Shown: positions 1 through 10,167, counted from the first letter of the stretch. The stretch is 32,000 nucleotides of DNA from an uncultured Alphaproteobacteria bacterium (GCA_964369315.1 CAYJEJ010000002.1:102184-134183); one strand, 5' to 3'. Program-made: numbers and translations. Notes: generated from the sequence alone by a model not told the origin.

Positions 1-47
1 ATCTATAATGTATTTTTTTTTGATGTACAACACAACAAGGTATATTT

Positions 48-1352
48 GTGAATAAAATCTTTCTTAATGCGGTTTGTATTTTTGCCGTATATTTTGGTTT
101 CAATGTTTCGGATAGCTCAGCAGAGAATACAATTTCTCATCAAAACGGTGTTCATGAGCTCGTCGCTGAGGTTAACAATGAGGCTGTCACCCCTTATGAT
201 ATAGAAACGAAAATTCGGTTGATGGCGTTATCCATGGGAAGGCAATATAGCCTAGATTTTGATAAATCTGTTCGGGAACAGGCCTTAGAGAGTTTGATTG
301 ACGACATCATTAAATTTCAAGAAATTTCACGAGTGCAAAAAATGATTAAGCGTTCTGAGATTATGTCAAACGCAGAGATTGACCGAGCCGTCTCTTCCAT
401 CGCAAAGCGAGCGGGACTGGACGACAAGTCATTTCAACAAATGCTCGAAAAGAACAAAGTTCCTTTTGCTTTTTTCCGCAGACAAATTTATGTGCAAACG
501 GCTTGGAACTCGATGATTAGGAGTATGTTTGGGCAAAACACTGAAGTGTCTGATGATGATGCTATGCGGGAGCAAGATTTAATAAGAAGAGAGCTTGCTG
601 ACAAGATGTATTTGGTCAGTAGAATATATCTGCCCATTGATGATGAAAATGAAAATAAGATTAGGTTGCGTGCACAAAACATAAAAAATCGTATAAACGA
701 AGGGGGAAACTTTGCGATGCTTGCTCAACAGTTTTCTCGCTCATCTGAGTCTTCAAACGGTGGTTGGCTAGGCTGGGTTGTAAAAAGCCGTATGTCCAGT
801 CAGGAAGTCTCTGCCTTGGATGTTTTGCCCGTGGGGAGCACATCTGAGCCTATTAAGGTTGGCAATGCCTATGTGATATTCATGTTGCACGGCAAAAAAT
901 ACGAGGGGGAGAAGAAAATAAATAAAATTAAATTTCAGCGTTTGATTCTGAAGGCTGATGGCGGGCAAATTACCTCGGAAGATGAAGCACGAAATATTTA
1001 TGCTAGAGCACAAGATTTGAGGACAAAAGTAAAAAACCTAGACAAATTAATAGATGTGAGTTCATCAGTTCGTAATGTGAAGCTTGGGGCGGTTGAAAAT
1101 GTTTCTTCTGATGATATCCCGATGCAATTGAACGAAGTGTTATCTAAGATGGAGCCAAAATCTATAAGCGAACCGATGCTCTTTCCTCAGGGGGCGATGA
1201 TGTTTGTCCTTTGGGCAAGAGAGACGAGTATAATGGAACCTCCTTCAATTCAGGAGATTAAAAATATGTTGATGGAAAAGCGTTTGGCAATGATGGCGGA
1301 GCGATATTTCCGAGAACTTAAAAAAACTGCATATATAAAAATTAAAAAGTGA
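48..1352 (+). CDS. surA: SurA-like periplasmic chaperone / parvulin-type peptidyl-prolyl isomerase
   Basis: GTG start at 48 follows AAGG. The N-terminus looks like a signal peptide (MNKIFLNAVCIFAVYFGFNVSDSSA). A long helical N-terminal region is followed by one parvulin-like segment (FAMLAQQFSRSSESSNGGWLGWV ... VGSTSEPIKVGNAYVIFML). The gene lies directly upstream of rsmA, as in the proteobacterial surA-(pdxA)-ksgA cluster. Confidence 0.7.
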   Translation: MNKIFLNAVCIFAVYFGFNVSDSSAENTISHQNGVHELVAEVNNEAVTPYDIETKIRLMALSMGRQYSLDFDKSVREQALESLIDDIIKFQEISRVQKMIKRSEIMSNAEIDRAVSSIAKRAGLDDKSFQQMLEKNKVPFAFFRRQIYVQTAWNSMIRSMFGQNTEVSDDDAMREQDLIRRELADKMYLVSRIYLPIDDENENKIRLRAQNIKNRINEGGNFAMLAQQFSRSSESSNGGWLGWVVKSRMSSQEVSALDVLPVGSTSEPIKVGNAYVIFMLHGKKYEGEKKINKIKFQRLILKADGGQITSEDEARNIYARAQDLRTKVKNLDKLIDVSSSVRNVKLGAVENVSSDDIPMQLNEVLSKMEPKSISEPMLFPQGAMMFVLWARETSIMEPPSIQEIKNMLMEKRLAMMAERYFRELKKTAYIKIKK

Positions 1353-2182
1353 GCCAAACTTCGTCTACTATCGCCAGTCGGTTAAAAGATGCTGGTCTTT
1401 GGGCAAACAAGACATTGGGGCAGCATTTTTTGTTAAATCCAGCGGTTAATGATGCGATTGTATCTAAGGTCTTGGGTGGACTTGGAAGTCTTAATGTGAT
1501 TGAGGTGGGGGCAGGTCCAGGAGGATTAACAGAGGCGTTTTTTAGTGCTGGTGCCAAAAGTGTGACGGTGGTTGAGAAGGATAAAAGGTTTGTAGAATTT
1601 TTACGTCCACTAGAGCAAAAGCACAAAAACCTTAACCTTATTCAAGGTGATGCTTTACTTTTTGATAGTTTGATTGTTCCGAAGCCTAGGGTGATTATTG
1701 CTAATTTGCCTTACAATATCTCTGTTCCGCTAATATTTAAATGGCTAGAAATTCTTGGAGAATTTTCAAGTATGTATCTTATGTTGCAGCGGGAAGTTGC
1801 TGACAGAATTTGTTCCAAACCTAACGAAAAATCTTATGGTAAGCTGAGTATTCTTGTGCAATATCAGGCTCAGGCAAAACGGGTGATGGATTTGGAGCCA
1901 GCGAGCTTTACCCCACCACCGAAGGTCAAATCATCGATTGTGGAGATTCTCCCTAATAATATGGGGGAGGGTGTTTCATTTAGCGTTATGGAAAGCATAT
2001 CTCGGCAAATGTTTGCTCATAGGCGAAAAAAAGTATATAAAATATTTTCAAATATTTTTGAAAATCACGAGTTGATTATGCAAAAAACAGGCGTCTCTTT
2101 TGATGCTCGTGCTGAGGATATAACCGTTTCACAATTTCGAGATATCGCAAAACTTTATCAAGAACAGGCAGCTGAAAAATAG
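1349..2182 (+). CDS. rsmA: 16S rRNA (adenine1518/1519-N6)-dimethyltransferase RsmA/KsgA
   Basis: Motifs GQHFL, the SAM-binding VIEVGAGPGGLT and ANLPYNIS are present. The GTG start overlaps the surA stop (GTGA). Confidence 0.9.
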   Translation: MSQTSSTIASRLKDAGLWANKTLGQHFLLNPAVNDAIVSKVLGGLGSLNVIEVGAGPGGLTEAFFSAGAKSVTVVEKDKRFVEFLRPLEQKHKNLNLIQGDALLFDSLIVPKPRVIIANLPYNISVPLIFKWLEILGEFSSMYLMLQREVADRICSKPNEKSYGKLSILVQYQAQAKRVMDLEPASFTPPPKVKSSIVEILPNNMGEGVSFSVMESISRQMFAHRRKKVYKIFSNIFENHELIMQKTGVSFDARAEDITVSQFRDIAKLYQEQAAEK

Positions 2183-2340
2183 GCTGTGTTAGGTTTTTTT
2201 CTCAAATTTTTTCAATTATTCTGCGTCAATTAATCATCAAAATTTTCTAATAATAAATTGATTTTTTGATAATTAATATGTTACCTTGTTCTGATTTTTG
2301 GTTTTATAGTTCGACCCGCTATTTTAAGGAATATCTACTT

Positions 2341-3738
2341 ATGCCGACCGATATAGAAATGAAAAAAGATATCAAAAAAACACAAAAGCAGCCTGAACAA
2401 AAGGTTTTGTTCGACAGCAACAGTGCTGAGTTGCGTCCCAAAATAACCGTTTTTGGAATCGGTGGAGCTGGCGGTAATGCTGTTAACAACATGATTCGCT
2501 CTAAACTAGAGGGGGTGGAGTTTGTCGTTGCCAACACAGATTCGCAGTCTTTATCTAATTCCTTGGCTGAAACAAAAATCCAACTGGGGCTGAATATGAC
2601 CCAAGGTTTGGGTGCGGGCTCGAGACCAGATGTTGGAAAAGCTTCGGCAGAAGAGGCTGAGAACGAGATTATGGATTGTTTGAGCGGCAGTAATATGGTT
2701 TTTATCACTGCTGGCATGGGTGGGGGCACTGGAACTGGTGCAGGACCTGTCATCGCTCGTATGGCGAAAGACCAAGGGATATTAACTATTGGTGTGGTTA
2801 CAAAACCTTTCCACTTTGAGGGCATTCACAGAATGCGTACCGCAGAAAAAGGTATTGACGAGTTGCAACAGTTCGTCGACACCCTTTTAATAATCCCGAA
2901 TCAAAATTTGTTTAGAGTCGCCAATGATAGGACGACATTTGCCGATGCATTCAAAATGGCAGATGACGTTTTGTATTCTGGTGTGAGAGGTGTGACGGAC
3001 TTAATGGTTATGCCAGGGCTAATAAACCTAGATTTTGCCGACATCCGCACAGTTATGAGTGAAATGGGCAAAGCCATGATGGGAACTGGTGACGCGGAAG
3101 GTGAAAGAAGGGCTCTTGACGCCGCTGAAGCTGCAATATCAAATCCTCTGCTTGATGATGTGTCGATGAAGGGGGCTCGTGGAGTTTTGATTAATATCAC
3201 TGGCGGATATGACATGACGCTTTATGAAGTTGATGAAGCGGCAAACCGTATCAGGGAAGAGGTCGATTCAGAGGCGAATATAATTTTTGGTTCAACCTTT
3301 GATGAGGCTATGCACGGCAGTATGCGTGTTTCGGTCGTTGCAACGGGTATCGATGTTGATGACATGCACAGTCACAAACGGATTTTGCAGGCAAGGTCTA
3401 ACGCAGATAATGCGAGCTTTACTGACTCTTCAGGAACAGATGATGAACCTGTTAAGAATGACGAGGACGTGAAGGCTATAGATTCACAGATTAAACAATT
3501 TGACCGTCAAGTTGAAGATTACTCTGATAGTGATAGGCACAATGATGAAATTGAAACAGGGCATCATAAGTCGTTTTTGGAAAGGCTTGGTTTTGGTCGG
3601 AATAAAAAAACCTCAAAAGTCACCACTCCAACAAAGTCATCAAATGATAAACCTGAACCGATTAACCAAGGTGTTGCGAAACCTTTTGGTGATGAGGTCG
3701 ATGAAGTTGATATTCCTGCCTTTTTACGAAGAAAATAG
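2341..3738 (+). CDS. ftsZ: Cell division protein FtsZ
   Basis: I trimmed the ORF-track start (2266) to ATG 2341 (MPTDIEM...). Supporting motifs are [14 protein letters not shown], the tubulin signature [22 protein letters not shown], a long acidic linker and the conserved C-terminal peptide DIPAFLRRK. Confidence 0.95.
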   Translation: MPTDIEMKKDIKKTQKQPEQKVLFDSNSAELRPKITVFGIGGAGGNAVNNMIRSKLEGVEFVVANTDSQSLSNSLAETKIQLGLNMTQGLGAGSRPDVGKASAEEAENEIMDCLSGSNMVFITAGMGGGTGTGAGPVIARMAKDQGILTIGVVTKPFHFEGIHRMRTAEKGIDELQQFVDTLLIIPNQNLFRVANDRTTFADAFKMADDVLYSGVRGVTDLMVMPGLINLDFADIRTVMSEMGKAMMGTGDAEGERRALDAAEAAISNPLLDDVSMKGARGVLINITGGYDMTLYEVDEAANRIREEVDSEANIIFGSTFDEAMHGSMRVSVVATGIDVDDMHSHKRILQARSNADNASFTDSSGTDDEPVKNDEDVKAIDSQIKQFDRQVEDYSDSDRHNDEIETGHHKSFLERLGFGRNKKTSKVTTPTKSSNDKPEPINQGVAKPFGDEVDEVDIPAFLRRK

Positions 3739-3771
3739 CTTTAACGTTTTGTTCTGATTGTTGTTTGGAGT

Positions 3772-5799
3772 TTGGTGTTGGATAAAATTAGTAAAAACTT
3801 GGTTTTTTGGTTTGTATTGGCTATATCTCTTGCGACGTTGTTTAGCTTATTTGAAGATAAGAAACAAAAAACCGAGAATGTCGCATACAGCGATTTTTTG
3901 CACGGCGTTGAAAATGATAGGGTTAGTAGCGTTGATATAAAAGGGCAGAACGTCCTTATTGTTAATCGTGATAAAACCGTTTCTAGAACCTATGTTCCAT
4001 TTGACCCAGATTTAATCAAAAAGCTATCTCAGAAAAACATTAGAATAAATGTTGTCCCTAGGGATGACGACCAATCATCTTTTTTGCACTTGTTCCTAAA
4101 TTGTTTGCCGATGCTACTTTTGATAGGCGGTTGGATGTTTTTATGGCGTCAGATGCAATCTGGTGGAAACAAGGCAATGGGTTTTGGCAAGTCTAAGGCA
4201 AAAATGCTTGGCGAAAAGGTTGTGAAAGTTCGTTTTGAAGATGTTGCTGGTATAGACGAGGCGAAAGATGAACTTGGTGAGGTTGTCGACTTTTTAAAAG
4301 ATCAAAAAAAGTTTCAACGCCTTGGCGGGAAGATACCCAGAGGGGTGTTGTTGGTCGGGCCTCCTGGTACGGGGAAAACTCTTTTGGCACGGGCAATCGC
4401 TGGTGAGGCGGGGGTTCCTTTTTTTAGTATATCAGGCTCAGAGTTTGTTGAGATGTTTGTTGGCGTTGGTGCCAGCCGTGTTCGAGATATGTTCGAGCAG
4501 GGCAAAAAAAACGCTCCTTGTATAATATTCGTTGATGAAATTGATGCTGTTGGACGCCATAGAGGGTTTGGTTTGGGCGGAGGAAATGATGAAAGGGAGC
4601 AAACTTTAAACCAACTTTTGGTTGAGATGGACGGGTTTGAGGCCAATGCAGGTGTCATTATAATTGCTGCAACCAATCGCCCAGATGTTCTTGACCCAGC
4701 CTTACTAAGACCAGGAAGGTTTGACCGTCAGGTCATTGTCAGCAACCCAGACTTAAATGGGCGTGAACGTATTTTGCAAGTTCACTCTAAGAAGGTTCCG
4801 CTTGCAGAAGATGTCGATTTGATGGTTATAGCGAGGGGCACCCCTGGGTTTTCAGGTGCAGATTTAGCCAATTTGGTTAATGAGGCGGCCTTGCTGGCGG
4901 CTAGAAATGGCAAGCGTGTTGTTGGGATGTCTGAGTTTGAGTCGGCTAAAGACAAGGTCTTGATGGGCTCTGAAAGGCGTTCTATGGTGATGAGCGAAGA
5001 GGAAAAAAAACTTACGGCATTTCATGAGGCTGGGCACGCTACAATCGCCTTAAATATGAAAGATTCTGACCCAATACATAAGGCAACCATTATTCCAAGA
5101 GGTAGGGCACTGGGGATGGTGATGCGTTTGCCCGAGGGGGATAGGGTTTCTGTCTCTCGCGATAAGTTAGAGGCTGACCTCTGTGTCGCTATGGGTGGGC
5201 GAATCGCTGAGGAAATAATTTTTGGTCATGGAAAAATAACTACAGGTGCTTCTTCGGATATAAAACAGGCAACTGATATAGTAAGAAAGATGGTGATAGA
5301 GTGGGGGATGGCGGACAAACTCGGGTTTTTATCATACTCTGAGTCTTCTCAAGACGTGTTTTTAGGGCATTCTGCCCCGAATCCTCGCCAAATTTCAGAA
5401 ACAACTGCTCAGAAAATAGATGAAGAGGTCAGGGCAATCGTTGATAGGCTCTATAAGAAATCATTTGATTTATTAAGTAACAAAATTGACCAACTTAATA
5501 GGATAGCCTCTGGTCTAATTCAATATGAAACGCTTAGCGGTGAAGAAATTCAGCTTTTGAGCGAAGGAAAAGAGATTATCAGAAAGGTTCCAACCAAAGG
5601 AAAAAATAAAAAATCAAATGTGAGCTCGAATGATGACGGGCTTTTAGAATTTGGTAAATCGCCCGAAAAAACAAAAAAGAGAAAAACCAGCAAAAAAGAA
5701 GATGTTGAACCGTCATTAACTGATGTAAAAAATATCAATGACAAAGATAAAAAATCGACCAATTCGGGGCGAAAAAAATCAACCAATAAAAATGATTAA
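3772..5799 (+). CDS. ftsH: ATP-dependent zinc metalloprotease FtsH
   Basis: N-terminal TM segments, Walker [12 protein letters not shown], Walker [10 protein letters not shown], the AAA second region of homology and the zinc motif HEAGHA are present. The start is ambiguous (TTG 3772, GTG 3775 or TTG 3778), downstream of GGAG at 3767-3770. Confidence 0.95.
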   Translation: MVLDKISKNLVFWFVLAISLATLFSLFEDKKQKTENVAYSDFLHGVENDRVSSVDIKGQNVLIVNRDKTVSRTYVPFDPDLIKKLSQKNIRINVVPRDDDQSSFLHLFLNCLPMLLLIGGWMFLWRQMQSGGNKAMGFGKSKAKMLGEKVVKVRFEDVAGIDEAKDELGEVVDFLKDQKKFQRLGGKIPRGVLLVGPPGTGKTLLARAIAGEAGVPFFSISGSEFVEMFVGVGASRVRDMFEQGKKNAPCIIFVDEIDAVGRHRGFGLGGGNDEREQTLNQLLVEMDGFEANAGVIIIAATNRPDVLDPALLRPGRFDRQVIVSNPDLNGRERILQVHSKKVPLAEDVDLMVIARGTPGFSGADLANLVNEAALLAARNGKRVVGMSEFESAKDKVLMGSERRSMVMSEEEKKLTAFHEAGHATIALNMKDSDPIHKATIIPRGRALGMVMRLPEGDRVSVSRDKLEADLCVAMGGRIAEEIIFGHGKITTGASSDIKQATDIVRKMVIEWGMADKLGFLSYSESSQDVFLGHSAPNPRQISETTAQKIDEEVRAIVDRLYKKSFDLLSNKIDQLNRIASGLIQYETLSGEEIQLLSEGKEIIRKVPTKGKNKKSNVSSNDDGLLEFGKSPEKTKKRKTSKKEDVEPSLTDVKNINDKDKKSTNSGRKKSTNKND

Positions 5800-5967
5800 A
5801 ATAGGCTGACCACATTAAACCCTTGTGTTGAGCTGTGTTTTTAAGTAATAAAAAACATTCTTTATTTGATTGTTTAAGTGTTAATATTTATCTATACTGT
5901 AGGTAGGCGGTTTTTGTTGAAAACTGTTTGGTGTGTTTGTTAATATATTTTAATTTAGAGGCGAATT

Positions 5968-7350
5968 TTGGCAATTTTTGGCACTGATGGTATTAGGAAG
6001 CGGTTTAGTGAATGGCCAATTTGTGTTGAGGGGTGTTTTTGTATCGCAAAGTCTTTGGTCGAGTCTAGGGCTTTGGGTGATTTGAAAACAGTCCTTATCG
6101 CAAGAGATACCCGCGGGACATCCGTTGACCTTGAACGAGGACTTGAGACAGCTCTTTCTAATTATAAAATCAAAGTGACCTTAGCTGGAATTATGCCGAC
6201 ACCAGCGTTATCTGTCTTAACGAGTAAAGGCGGTTTTTCTTGTGGAATTTCTGTCACCGCGTCGCATAACCCATATACTGACAACGGTCTGAAAATTTTT
6301 AACGCGAATGGCGAGAAACTGGAAGAACATCAGGCTCAATCAATTGAAGCCTCTTTCCTTCAATACAGTGATAGTTTTGAAGATACTTATAAAGCGATGA
6401 ATCCTTTTAAGGAAAATATTTTTCGCCTTGGTTATGAGTTTAGATATAACGACCTTGAAGCCTTGTTTTATAATGACTATAAAGAGTCGCTATTGAGGTC
6501 ATTTCCCAAAAATTTTTCATTATTAGGGTCGAAGATTGCAATTGATTGTGCAAATGGTGCGAATTATTATATTGTGCCAAAGTTGTTTACTGAACTTGGT
6601 GCTAAGGTCAAGGTTGTTGGGAACAAACCAGATGGTAAAAATATTAATCATAAGGTTGGTGCCACTTGCCCAGAGTCTATAAGAAATTTGGTGTTCAGAA
6701 GTGGTGCGGATTTAGGCATTTCTTTTGATGGAGATGGAGATAGGCTTATCATGTGTGATGAGCTGGGTAACATTATCGACGGGGATGTTATACTTGCGGT
6801 ATTAGCCAAATACCTCCACAACAAGGGGCAGCTCGCCAATAATTGTGTTGTGTCGACTATTATGTCAAATTTGGGTTTAGATGATTATTTATCAAGCCTT
6901 GGAATAAAGCTGTTTCGCAGTAATGTTGGCGATAAGCTTGTCTATGACATGATGAAAGAAAAGGGGGCTGTACTTGGTGGGGAGAAGTCTGGTCACGTAA
7001 TATTAAAAGATTTTTCCGCAACGGGCGATGGTTTATTTGTTGCCTTAACCATGATTCGGGTTTTGATGGAGACAGGTCAGGCTCCTAGTGATGCATTTAA
7101 CATTTTCAAGCCATACCCACAGGTATTGAGGAATTTTCCAGTCGATAAGTCCTTGCTTGAGGATGAGAAAGTTAAGAAGTTTTTCCATGACATTAACAAC
7201 AAAATTAACCTTGATGGAGGTCGTTTGATTGTTCGTCCGTCTGGCACTGAACCCATGATTAGGGTGATGGTTGAGCATGCTGACGCTGATTTTGTTCATA
7301 ATCAACTCGAAAATATTGAAGATTTTTTGACAAATATTTTAGGCTATTAA
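5968..7350 (+). CDS. glmM: Phosphoglucosamine mutase GlmM
   Basis: TTG start lies 6 nt after AGAGG. Motifs include the FGTDGIR N-terminus, phosphoserine loop TASHNPYTDNGLKIF, metal loop SFDGDGDRL, GGEKSGH and RPSGTEP. Confidence 0.85.
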   Translation: MAIFGTDGIRKRFSEWPICVEGCFCIAKSLVESRALGDLKTVLIARDTRGTSVDLERGLETALSNYKIKVTLAGIMPTPALSVLTSKGGFSCGISVTASHNPYTDNGLKIFNANGEKLEEHQAQSIEASFLQYSDSFEDTYKAMNPFKENIFRLGYEFRYNDLEALFYNDYKESLLRSFPKNFSLLGSKIAIDCANGANYYIVPKLFTELGAKVKVVGNKPDGKNINHKVGATCPESIRNLVFRSGADLGISFDGDGDRLIMCDELGNIIDGDVILAVLAKYLHNKGQLANNCVVSTIMSNLGLDDYLSSLGIKLFRSNVGDKLVYDMMKEKGAVLGGEKSGHVILKDFSATGDGLFVALTMIRVLMETGQAPSDAFNIFKPYPQVLRNFPVDKSLLEDEKVKKFFHDINNKINLDGGRLIVRPSGTEPMIRVMVEHADADFVHNQLENIEDFLTNILGY

Positions 7351-7521
7351 GTTTTTAAACTTGTTTTTATTTATTTTCTTCAGTTATTTGGTATTAAGGC
7401 TATTTTTGTATTGAAAAATCAATAATGCGGTTACATATGCTTACGCACAGATAAAATTATTGTGTTCCTATAAAGTAATGAAAAACGTATTTCTTAACAC
7501 CTGTTGCGAAGATTTCCTATA

Positions 7522-7540
7522 CCTAATGTTTAACATTAGG
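7522..7540. repeat. Perfect 19-nt palindrome CCTAATGTT-T-AACATTAGG in the glmM-downstream spacer
   Basis: I read it directly: 9-bp arms pair c7522-g7540 through t7530-a7532. No T-run follows on either strand, so it is not an obvious terminator. Confidence 0.6.
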
Positions 7541-7573
7541 AAGAATAAAATCTATTTGTGAATAAAATAAAAA

Positions 7574-7596
7574 TAGCCCTAATTTAATTAGGGCTA
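7574..7596 (-). terminator. Rho-independent terminator of the 7615..8187 gene
   Basis: A perfect 10-bp stem (TAGCCCTAAT / ATTAGGGCTA) has a 3-nt loop. It lies 18 nt downstream of the minus-strand stop. On the minus strand it is followed immediately by TTTTTATTTTATT. Confidence 0.7.
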
Positions 7597-7614
7597 CTTT
7601 ATGAAGATTAAATT

Positions 7615-8187
7615 TTAATGTTGTTGCGGTACAAGTGCATTAACATCAAGCCCAGCTACTTTGCAGGCTAATGCATAGAATGACAATTTGTTCCTGTAAT
7701 AATCATACCTTGCCTCGTTTTTATTGTATGCATGTTCTGTTAATGGAGCGTAAAGAATAGTCAATTCTCCGACTAATTGGTCGCTTGCATTTAAATCTCT
7801 ACCGTTGAATAAAAGTTTTAATTTGGAGGGTATAAAACCGTTTTTCATGATTGCTTCTCCAGCAGAATTTTCTTCGACTGAAAAATAGAGTAACTCAGCT
7901 TGATTTTTTAGGAAATTTTGAAAACTTTGCTCTAATAAACCTAAGTTCTCTTTACCAAAGATTTTTTCTTCCGTGTCTTTAACTAAGTCTTCCTTTGTTT
8001 TACCAAATCTAGACTTTTTTTCTTGATCTGATAACAACTTCAATTTTTCTATAAAGTCACCAGACAATACCTTAATGCCGTTATTTAGCTTTTCGGTCTC
8101 TATTGGTTGTGATAGAACAGGGTCTGGATTATATCCATAAGACAAAGAGGAAACTAACAAAGCAGATGCTAATAATATTTTTTTCAT
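7615..8187 (-). CDS. Hypothetical secreted/periplasmic protein (orphan, no recognised family)
   Basis: This 190-aa ORF has AAGGAA 7-8 nt upstream of the ATG. It has a signal-peptide-like N-terminus (MKKILLASALLVSSLSYG, no lipobox Cys), a Lys/Glu-rich body and its own strong terminator. Confidence 0.6.
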   Translation of the reverse strand: MKKILLASALLVSSLSYGYNPDPVLSQPIETEKLNNGIKVLSGDFIEKLKLLSDQEKKSRFGKTKEDLVKDTEEKIFGKENLGLLEQSFQNFLKNQAELLYFSVEENSAGEAIMKNGFIPSKLKLLFNGRDLNASDQLVGELTILYAPLTEHAYNKNEARYDYYRNKLSFYALACKVAGLDVNALVPQQH

Positions 8188-8215
8188 AAATAAATTCCTT
8201 AATAATAAACAATAG

Positions 8216-8230
8216 CCTATAAATTATAGG
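8216..8230. repeat. Perfect 15-nt palindrome CCTATAA-A-TTATAGG in the 5' region of the 7615..8187 gene
   Basis: I read it directly. It lies 29 nt upstream of the minus-strand ATG. It is preceded by AATAGCC, the same lead-in as the terminator palindrome at 7571-7596. Confidence 0.55.
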
Positions 8231-8515
8231 TTAAGAAAAAATTTGACACAAAATGATAACTTTGTCAATAATATTTTTTATTTAACAATTGTTTCAGCAG
8301 GATAAATTAAAAAACAAATAAGTAATGTAGTGTTGGTATTGATAATAATAGGTATGGAATGCATGTTTTTATTTTCCAGCAAGATATAAAAAACATAGCA
8401 TTCCGCTAGTGCTATATTAATAATTTATTTATTGTTGACTATTATATATATGTTGTTCAGCAATATTGCATATTGGTCGCTAGAAAAAAAATGTTTTTGT
8501 AGGAGGGGTTATAAA

Positions 8516-9523
8516 ATGTCAAAGAGAATCGCGATTAATGGTTTCGGGCGGATAGGTCGTCTTTTGTTAAGAGCTTTGACGAGTAATGAAAGTAACATAG
8601 AGATAATCGCAATCAACGATTTGGCTAAATCAGAGATGGACTGTTACCTCTTAAAATATGACTCAGTGCATGGTCGATTTGAAAAAGATATAAATTTAAT
8701 CGGTGATGAGCTGGTTATAGACAACCAAAAACCAATAAAACTTTTAAATGTTATCTCTCCGGAAGACCTGCCTTGGCAGGAGATGGGGGTCGATGTTGTG
8801 ATGGAATGTTCTGGTTGTTTTATCACAAAGGATAAGGCGGTTCAGCATATTGAATCTGGTGCTAAAAAGGTGTTGGTTTCAGCTCCGTGTAGTGGGGCGG
8901 ATGTAACGGTTGTTTATGGCGTTAATCAAGACAAGCTTAACGAACATCATAGGGTTATCTCTGCTGCGTCTTGCACGACAAACTGCTTTGCACCGATTGT
9001 TAAGGTTCTAAACGAAAACATAGGAATTAACTGTGGTCACATGACAACAATACACTCTTATACGAGCGACCAAAACATTATAGATACAGCCCATAAGCAA
9101 GATATGAGGCGTGCACGTGCTGCGGGTGTGAATATCATACCGACATCAACTGGGGCTGCTAAGGCAATTGATTTAGTCCTTCCAGAGATGGCAGGCAAAT
9201 TAAAAGCCTCGTCACTTAGGGTGCCGACACCGAATGTTTCTTTAATAGACTTTTCTTTCCTTGCGAACAAAAAGACTTCTGTCGAAGAGATTAATCATGC
9301 CTTAAAAATAGCTGCTAGCTCAGAAGAAATGAAGGGGGTCTTGGGCTTTTCAGAAGACCAGATAGTATCTATTGATTGTAATCATACAACGTTTAGTGCT
9401 ATATTCGATTCGACCGAAACAAGGGTTGTGGACGGAAAGTTTTGTCGAGTGATGGCTTGGTATGACAACGAGTGGGCGTTTGTTCATCGGATGATAGATG
9501 TTTTGAATTGTATTGTTGTTTAG
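8516..9523 (+). CDS. gap: Glyceraldehyde-3-phosphate dehydrogenase (type I)
   Basis: I trimmed the ORF-track start (8432) to ATG 8516, which follows AGGAGGGG at 8501-8508. Motifs include the NAD-binding INGFGRIGR, the active site SCTTNC and the C-terminal WYDNEW. Confidence 0.9.
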   Translation: MSKRIAINGFGRIGRLLLRALTSNESNIEIIAINDLAKSEMDCYLLKYDSVHGRFEKDINLIGDELVIDNQKPIKLLNVISPEDLPWQEMGVDVVMECSGCFITKDKAVQHIESGAKKVLVSAPCSGADVTVVYGVNQDKLNEHHRVISAASCTTNCFAPIVKVLNENIGINCGHMTTIHSYTSDQNIIDTAHKQDMRRARAAGVNIIPTSTGAAKAIDLVLPEMAGKLKASSLRVPTPNVSLIDFSFLANKKTSVEEINHALKIAASSEEMKGVLGFSEDQIVSIDCNHTTFSAIFDSTETRVVDGKFCRVMAWYDNEWAFVHRMIDVLNCIVV

Positions 9524-9540
9524 TTTATTAATTCAAATTG

Positions 9541-10167
9541 ATGGATATTAAGGTAGAAGAGGGTTTAATCTTTTCTAAAGAATGTAAGTTTGTAGTTGGT
9601 GCAAATAATTTTTCTGCCATACCGCAGGGGGTGGGTGATTTTCCTGAATTTGCTTTTGTGGGGCGTTCGAACGTTGGTAAGTCGACGTTAATTAATGCAT
9701 TGGTTAACAGACGCGGTCTTGCCAGAACATCCAACACCCCTGGAAGAACCCAACAGATAAACATTTTTTTATTAGCGGATGTTCTATATTTAGCTGACCT
9801 ACCAGGATATGGTTATGCGGGGGTTTCCAAGGCTATGAGAAAGAGCTGGGGCAGTTTAATCTCGAGTTATTTAAAAACAAGATATGGATTAAAAAGAGTG
9901 TTCTTGCTCGTTGACTCGCGTAGAGGAATCATGCAAAAAGATGAAGAAATGATGGAGATGCTCTGTTTTTATGGGGTGGTTTTTCAAATAATTTTAACTA
10001 AAATAGATAAACTAAATAAAGCTGAGTTAGAAGCGGTTGAAAAAGATACATACGAAAAAGCAAATCATTTTCCCGCGATGTATCCAGAAATAATTTGCGT
10101 TAGTGCCGATAAAAAAATAGGCATTAATAAGTTAAGAAATCAAATAGAAGGATTTGTCTTTAAATGA
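9541..10167 (+). CDS. engB: Ribosome biogenesis GTPase EngB (YihA/YsxC)
   Basis: G1 motif GRSNVGKSTLINAL, G2-region PGRTQ, G3 DLPGYG and G4 TKIDK are present. I chose ATG 9541 over the adjacent TTG 9538. Confidence 0.85.
   Translation: MDIKVEEGLIFSKECKFVVGANNFSAIPQGVGDFPEFAFVGRSNVGKSTLINALVNRRGLARTSNTPGRTQQINIFLLADVLYLADLPGYGYAGVSKAMRKSWGSLISSYLKTRYGLKRVFLLVDSRRGIMQKDEEMMEMLCFYGVVFQIILTKIDKLNKAELEAVEKDTYEKANHFPAMYPEIICVSADKKIGINKLRNQIEGFVFK

Noticed and set aside
43-58. An exact 16-mer, TATTTGTGAATAAAAT, occurs at 43-58 (spanning the surA GTG start) and again at 7553-7568.
   Set aside because: A single short AT-rich match in 32 kb is compatible with chance. The second copy would start only a 9-codon ORF and has no other shared flanking sequence.
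2266-2340. The ORF track gives upstream in-frame extensions for ftsZ (2266), gap (8432), lpxB (13821), rplA (18210) and rplJ (19022).
   Set aside because: The extensions lack homology to the family N-termini, overlap upstream genes or leaders, and bypass good ribosome-binding sites next to the internal starts I chose.
2319-2825. Long antisense ORFs lie opposite ftsZ (2319..2825, 2901..3215), ftsH (4314..4676), rplL (19606..19941), lpxB (13868..14239) and others in the track.
   Set aside because: They lie entirely inside strongly supported genes on the other strand. Their composition is low-complexity and mirror-image (for example Ala/Ser/Pro-rich opposite Ala/Gly-rich regions), which is typical of shadow ORFs.
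7478-7561. A 27-codon ORF (MKNVFLNTCCEDFLYLMFNIRKNKIYL) lies in the glmM-downstream spacer and spans the 7522-7540 palindrome.
   Set aside because: It has no Shine-Dalgarno-like sequence and no recognisable family. Its length is expected by chance in a spacer of this size.
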